Of a DNA stretch of 64,000 nt, positions 57,770-64,000 are shown one piece after another. A program made the translations under genes and the position numbers. Source of the DNA: the human T2T-CHM13v2.0 reference genome, Homo sapiens; the NCBI RefSeq assembly GCF_009914755.1, contig NC_060927.1; one strand, given 5' to 3'. Position 1 is the first letter of the stretch. The number at the start of each line of letters is the position of its first letter. The notes beneath the pieces were generated by a model, which was not told the DNA's origin, did no database searches, and was given only the letters and a program-made list of their open reading frames with translations.

Positions 57770-58000
57770 AGCAGACTGGGAGTGAGGAGGCCAGGCTTCC
57801 AGGTCTGGCTCTGCCCTTGGGCCTTGGGCCAGTCACCCTGACTCTGTGGGCTCTGGTTTGCTTATCTGTAAAAATGGAAATAATATTGTTGTGTTTGTGG
57901 CACTGTAGCAGGGATTAGAGAAAATGAATGTAAAGTGAATAACAAAATACCTGACACATAGGAGCCCCCAAATGTAATTATTCTTATAATTCATATTATC
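57770..58000 (+). mobile_element. MIR
   Basis: ccttgggccagtcaccctgactctgtgggctctggtttgcttatctgtaaaaatgg. Confidence 0.65.
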
Positions 58001-58329
58001 TGGTGATTGAGGAAGATCTCTACAATTCTTTCTAATAGAAATCTCTACAGTTCTCTCTAAATTCTTTGACTGATGAATTTCTGCTATAACATTTTAGTTC
58101 TGGTGAAAAGATTAGCATGGTTATTTCAGTTATGTCTGCACGTTTTCCTGCTGCCTACATTTTTCCTATCAGAGAGGTAGGAGGTAAAGTGCAGGACTCC
58201 AAAGAAGCTGCCTATAAGAAGATGAGTCTGGGAGCACCTGCAGGGTTAACACTCATTCATGTCTTGAGTGTGTCCCCCTCCCGTCTTAGAAGCTCACTCC
58301 AAAGCCACCCCATCCTTATAGAAACTCAC

Positions 58330-58404
58330 AGGCCTCAGCTCTGTGGGATCCCACTCCAGGTACTGGGCAATATGCAGCATTTGGTTGACAATGCAATCCA
58401 TCTC
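58330..58404 (-). CDS. DGKG: DGKG coding exon (~exon 8), 75 nt: EMDCIVNQMLHIAQYLEWDPTELRP
   Basis: Acceptor ttttctag|GAG, donor CCT|gtgagt; phase 0-0. Confidence 0.96.
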
Positions 58405-60182
58405 CTAGAAAATAGCAAAGGGAGAAAATATCAAAAGGAGACAACCAGAGATGTGTCATTAAGAGCCGAACTCAAAATTAAGCCCAGTGGGAAGAGGGAC
58501 AGGGCAGGGCAAGAGAAGAAGCTGGTGCAGTAACTGCCATTTTGTGAGGAGCTCAGTTTATTTCTGTCTCGACCACAAAGCTCACGAGAAGCACAGAGCA
58601 TGCATAAGCTGGAGGTATGCAAAAAGCTCATAAACACTGACTTCCTCCTGGACCCACCTTCCTTCCCTTATTCTGTGCTTTAACTTGGAAAGCATAGAAA
58701 GCACTCCTATTTTTATCCCTCTTTGTGATTATAGCTTCCACAAATACTTACAAATCAAGGCAGATTTCTCCTGTCACTTCTTATCACTCATCCCCACAGC
58801 TGTAGCAACTTGGGATCCATCTCTCAGCTCGAGGCCAGTTTCTCTTGCATGGAGGGTTACTGTGTGTGTCTCAGCTCAGGTACCATGATTTTGATTCCTT
58901 TTGTTATCTCCTCTGTTTCCTTTTTACCATGGTCCAGCCCTTAGCCCAGCCCCCAGGAGTCCGTGAACAGGAAACTCATGAGGAATATGTTTACTTGATG
59001 ACTGAGCCTTTTGGTACTGAGGCCAGGCTCCATCTAAAACCTCACAGAATTGTTGGCTGCCAATGAGTCAGTGTTCTGAGAGCCCCGCTGAAACACACCA
59101 GACTGAAGAGGCATTTGGTGTCAAAGTTAGCACCATTTAGGCACCAGTTAAGATGTTCACAGTAAGATTGCTTTGGGAGGACATGTTGGTAGACTGAAGC
59201 AAGGTTCAAAAGTGTTACCTCTGCCAGATAGAATGCCGGGTCCAAATAGCAAGCTAAAACCCAGCAGGGATTTTAAAAAATTGTATTTTATTTAAGTTAA
59301 AAAACAATCCATTGCAAAACTACAGGATAGGCCAGTAGATGAGGGTAAGAAAGTGGGCACAAAGGTGGGGAAAGGTTTTGGCAGAAGTTCCAAAAGAAAA
59401 GAGCTTGTGAATCTCTGGTTGGGTCCAAGATTTAAAGAGAAAACGTATTTCAGGAACCAAGAATTGGACTCAGTCTTGGGCTATGAAAATAGAAGCAGAG
59501 TTGGCAGATTTAAAAAAGAAAAAGTTCCCCTGAGGTCTTCCTGGTCAGGCCACATTTGGATACTTAAAGAATCATAGGGGACGGATTCTGTTCTGTGCCA
59601 CATTCCAGGAATGGCATTTACAAACCAGAGCTTGTCCAAAGTGGATATTTAAGCCTGCCTTATGAGAACCAGTGTAGGAATAGAGAAATTTTAGCTTGGA
59701 GAAGATTTTAGGGGAGATGTGATAGCACCTTCAAATACTCGAAGGCCTATTGTATGGGATAGGTATTCCATTTGTCCTGGCCAGGTATGGGGGACAGAAG
59801 GAAGCAGAGAGGGATGCAGGGAAGGAAGGAGTTGAGGACTGGCTTATTTTGGCCTCCCTGTTGGATTGGGGGAGAAGGGGAGCAGAAGCAGGTTTTGAGT
59901 TGAAAACGATTCCCCACCACAAAGAGGAGTGCCTGTGTTCGAGAAGGAAGCCCTCTCCAGCAGTCACCCCCAGCAGTGGAATGGCTGTCTTAAGGTAGGA
60001 GTCCATATGACAGGGATTCCGGTGAAAGGTTGAATCAGATAACTCTTTTGAGATTTGCTTCAGTCTTCCAATATTACCTTTAAAACGTATCTGGAATTTA
60101 ACAACTTCTTACTACCTGCAATGATTCTACCCTGTACAAGTCTACACCATTTCATGCCTTGATTATTTCAACGGCCTCCTAA

Positions 60183-60473
<291 letters not shown>

Positions 60474-60567
60474 AGTACAGTGATTCTGTTAAAACATAAG
60501 TCAATCACATCACTCCTCTGCTCAAGATCGTCAATGGTTCTCCATTTCTCTGGAGTAAAAGATACAC

Positions 60568-60874
<307 letters not shown>

Positions 60875-61845
60875 TAATCACCTATAACGTTTAATAAGAT
60901 TTGCAAACTCCCCACTCTCCTACCCCCATCCCATGACTTCTCTGATCTCATCCCCTATTACTTCCTCACTGTGATCTCATCTGTTTACTCATTCTGCTCC
61001 ATTCACACTGGCCCGGAGTGAATCTTCTAACATCCTAGGGACCCTCAGGACCCTCGCACTCACTGTTCTTTCTCCTGGAAGGCTCTTCCCCTAGAATTAC
61101 TCCCTCACCTTCTTCATGCCTCTGTTCAGATGCCCCCTCCTAGAGAGGCCTTCCTCGGCGACCCTCGCTAAAGCTTCAACTTCTTCCAACATTTCCTTTC
61201 CTTTATTTTTCTTCTCAGCACCCATCCCTACCTGACACATGTTTTTACTATGCTGCTTAGTGTCTGTGCTTGGACTAGAATGAAAGCTTCATGAGGGCAT
61301 GGAACTTTGTCAGTTGGCTACACTGCCATACCCTCAGTGCTTAGAAGAGTGCCTGACATAATGCAGATACTCAGTAAATATGTGTTGACCAAATGCTTGA
61401 GAATCTGTGATTCTCTGGATGTTTCCTCAAATGACCCAACCCGCAGCATTGCAATGTAGCTGGAGGGATCCCATAGAGGCACCCTGGGGTTTAGAGGGAA
61501 TTGGGATGATTCAGTTTGTCTAGTGGACTTCTTCCCTTCCTTCCTTCCTCTGGTCTGACTCAGCCCCATGCATCTCAACCTCAGGGCCTTCCTGTTAATG
61601 AGCCCTATCTCTGACATTGACAGTCAGGACAACAGGGCCTGTCTGACTCTGTTTGCCTTCTTCTCTTTCCATTCTTCCTTTTACTCCACGAGCCTTGATC
61701 GATCCTTGCCTGTTCCTGAAGGGGTGAGGGTGAGTCTCAGGCTTTCTCAGGTGCAATGGGATGGGAACATGTACTTAGAGCAGACAGAACCAGACTCCTA
61801 GGCTAGTGCCCTGGAGTAGGAGAGGCAGCCAAGGGTGACGGCAAA

Positions 61846-61944
61846 GCACATCAGCAGTGACCAGCAGCCTCCTTCCTCTGAAATCAGCAGTAACCAGCAG
61901 CCTCCTTCCTTGCACATCAACAGTAACCAGCAGCCTCCTTCCTC
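61846..61944. repeat. 33-bp minisatellite, 3 copies
   Basis: Units at 61846-61878, 61879-61911 and 61912-61944; core ATCA(G/A)CAGT(G/A)ACCAGCAGCCTCCTTCCT. Confidence 0.95.
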
Positions 61945-62319
61945 GTGCCCTTTTCCCTTGGTCTTGTTGCCTCCCCCGCCCTCTCCTCTTGGCCTCAGGA
62001 CTCCTGCAGGAAATTGCAGGAGGCGCTTGTGAACTGAATGGGAAGTTAAACTAGGTGACATGCTAAAGCATCCCTCCATCCTGAGATTTGATGATCCCAG
62101 GCTTCTAGAGCGAAAAGGTAAGTTGGCATTCACGCTCTGCAAGGCCGGCCCTTTGGAAATAGCGGGTGGAGAGGTCCTAGTCGGATTTCCTCAGCCTGCA
62201 TCGAGACATTGCTATTACTACAAAGACGGAACTGAACATTTTCAGATTCTTCCTCTGCTTGCTCCCTGCTCCCCCAGCCTTTCTCAGGTCCATGAGGGAT
62301 ATTTAGAGTGAGAACTTAC

Positions 62320-62369
62320 CGCTTGGTCCAGGAGACCGTTCTCATCTGAATCATAGAGGCGAAACATGA
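62320..62369 (-). CDS. DGKG: DGKG coding exon (~exon 7), 50 nt, EF-hand 1: (F)MFRLYDSDENGLLDQA
   Basis: Acceptor tttcttacag|TC, donor GCG|gtaagt; EF-hand loop DSDENGLLDQAE; phase 1-0. Confidence 0.96.
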
Positions 62370-62719
62370 CTGTAAGAAACACAGAGGTAAGCCTTGAGGT
62401 GTCCTCTAAGAAGCGCGGATGGCTGAAGTTTTGATGCTGCCAGGTTTTTAGATTAGTTCTGTCACCACTGTGACGAAGGTTATGGCAGCCAGCTCTCCCT
62501 CCCTCTGAGCACAGAGTCTGACTTCCTTACAGAGAGGCTGGGCCAAGGGAGGAGAACCACCTGGCTTCTGGACCTGTCTAAGCAATACCTATGTGGCTGA
62601 TGAAGTCCAGGTCATGAGTGTAATTCCCTGGGGAGCATGAACACATTTCAGCGTCACTAGAACACAACCTAAAGCAAATGCCCAGCTGGGGGTGGGGCAG
62701 AGGCACCAGAATTTTTCTT

Positions 62720-62960
62720 CTATTGAGCATAGAAAGTGTAGAGTTAGGCAGATTTAAATCCTAGGACTGCCCTGCCACTTCTGGGGGGTGCCCAACAAGT
62801 TACTTAACTTCTTTGAGCTCAGCTTCCTTATCTATAAAGTGGAGAGAATAATAGTTGGTTTCTCCTAGGATTATTATGAAGATTAATGTGTAACTGATAG
62901 GCCAAATCAACTGGGCTTAGAACATAGAAAGCACTCAACAGATGTTACTAATTTTTATTT
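62720..62960 (+). mobile_element. MIR
   Basis: caagttacttaacttctttgagctcagcttccttatctataaagtggagagaataata. Confidence 0.75.
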
Positions 62961-63326
62961 TCCTTTTCAAATGAACATTTATATATGGCATTTAACATAT
63001 ACAAGGTACTGTCCTATAGACTTTCTCATTATTGCTTAATCCTCAATAATGCTATGGGGTAGTTATTACGGAAGCCATCTTTTCCTTTTTCTAAAGGTAT
63101 TCGGAAATACGCTATTCAGAAACATCTTCAATCACGTTCTAACTGCTGGGAAGTGATGTAGGATAAGGAAGATCTGGGAGAAAAATCTGGACAAGGGACT
63201 ACATGTTTACTTATGGGACCTGGAAACCTATGTTTTACTCAACCAAAAGGAAAAGATCCTGTCTGTGGTCTCATAAGTCAGCATGGCAGGAAGCAGAGAT
63301 AAGCATTTCTTCATTTTCCTGCTATT

Positions 63327-63642
<316 letters not shown>

Positions 63643-64000
63643 TTTCCTGCTATTGTTTAAAACCCTTCATCATGCCTGCTTTCTCTGCGGAGCACCCGTT
63701 GACTGATGCGGTGCAACCACTTGGGGCACGTACCAGCCTGGTCCCCTTATTTCTGCTAAGTTGTCCTTGTGTCATCATTTCCTCCTAGATGTTTTAATGT
63801 CTCTGCACCTTGTGTTTTTTTCAGGGGTGCATCGCTGGTCAAAGTCAAAGTCCTTTAAAGGTAGGGTCATGGGCTTTCGATTCTTTGTGATTCCTCAGAA
63901 GGTCCCAGTCAGAGGCATGCATCGTATGCTGCTGACTCACCCAGCAGATGGTTGAATGACATAGAGGACAGACCTTTTCTGCTAGCATTATTCCAGGACT

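Noticed and set aside
61846-61944. Direct repeats as a CRISPR-like array
   Set aside because: Contiguous tandem units without unique spacers, in eukaryotic intron DNA with no cas genes

Overview
Primate (almost certainly human) genomic DNA lying entirely inside the diacylglycerol kinase gamma gene DGKG, which is transcribed on the minus strand. I reconstructed 14 consecutive coding exons by hand (62369 down to 20141; 1282 nt; all GT-AG; every phase joins). They encode the two EF-hands, the C1A and C1B zinc fingers, the DAGK catalytic domain (GGDGT motif) and the start of the accessory domain, roughly residues 182-609. Numbering them exons 7-20 comes from my memory of the reference transcript. 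Bases 1-20140 are part of one large downstream intron. The rest is ordinary intronic sequence with about 24 Alus, L1/L2/MIR fragments, MLT1 LTRs, hAT DNA transposons and microsatellites. Most ORFs in the track are Alu- or L1-derived, or chance. I see no convincing wholly new biological system. The best leads are regulatory: CU-rich (PTB-type) tracts on both sides of the 75-nt activity-switch exon, a YCAY cluster before exon 13, a CpG-rich RFX/GC-box island with splice signals in intron 17, a perfect 19-bp hairpin, a 33-bp minisatellite and several unusual retroelement structures. Repeat subfamily calls and repeat boundaries are by eye and approximate.
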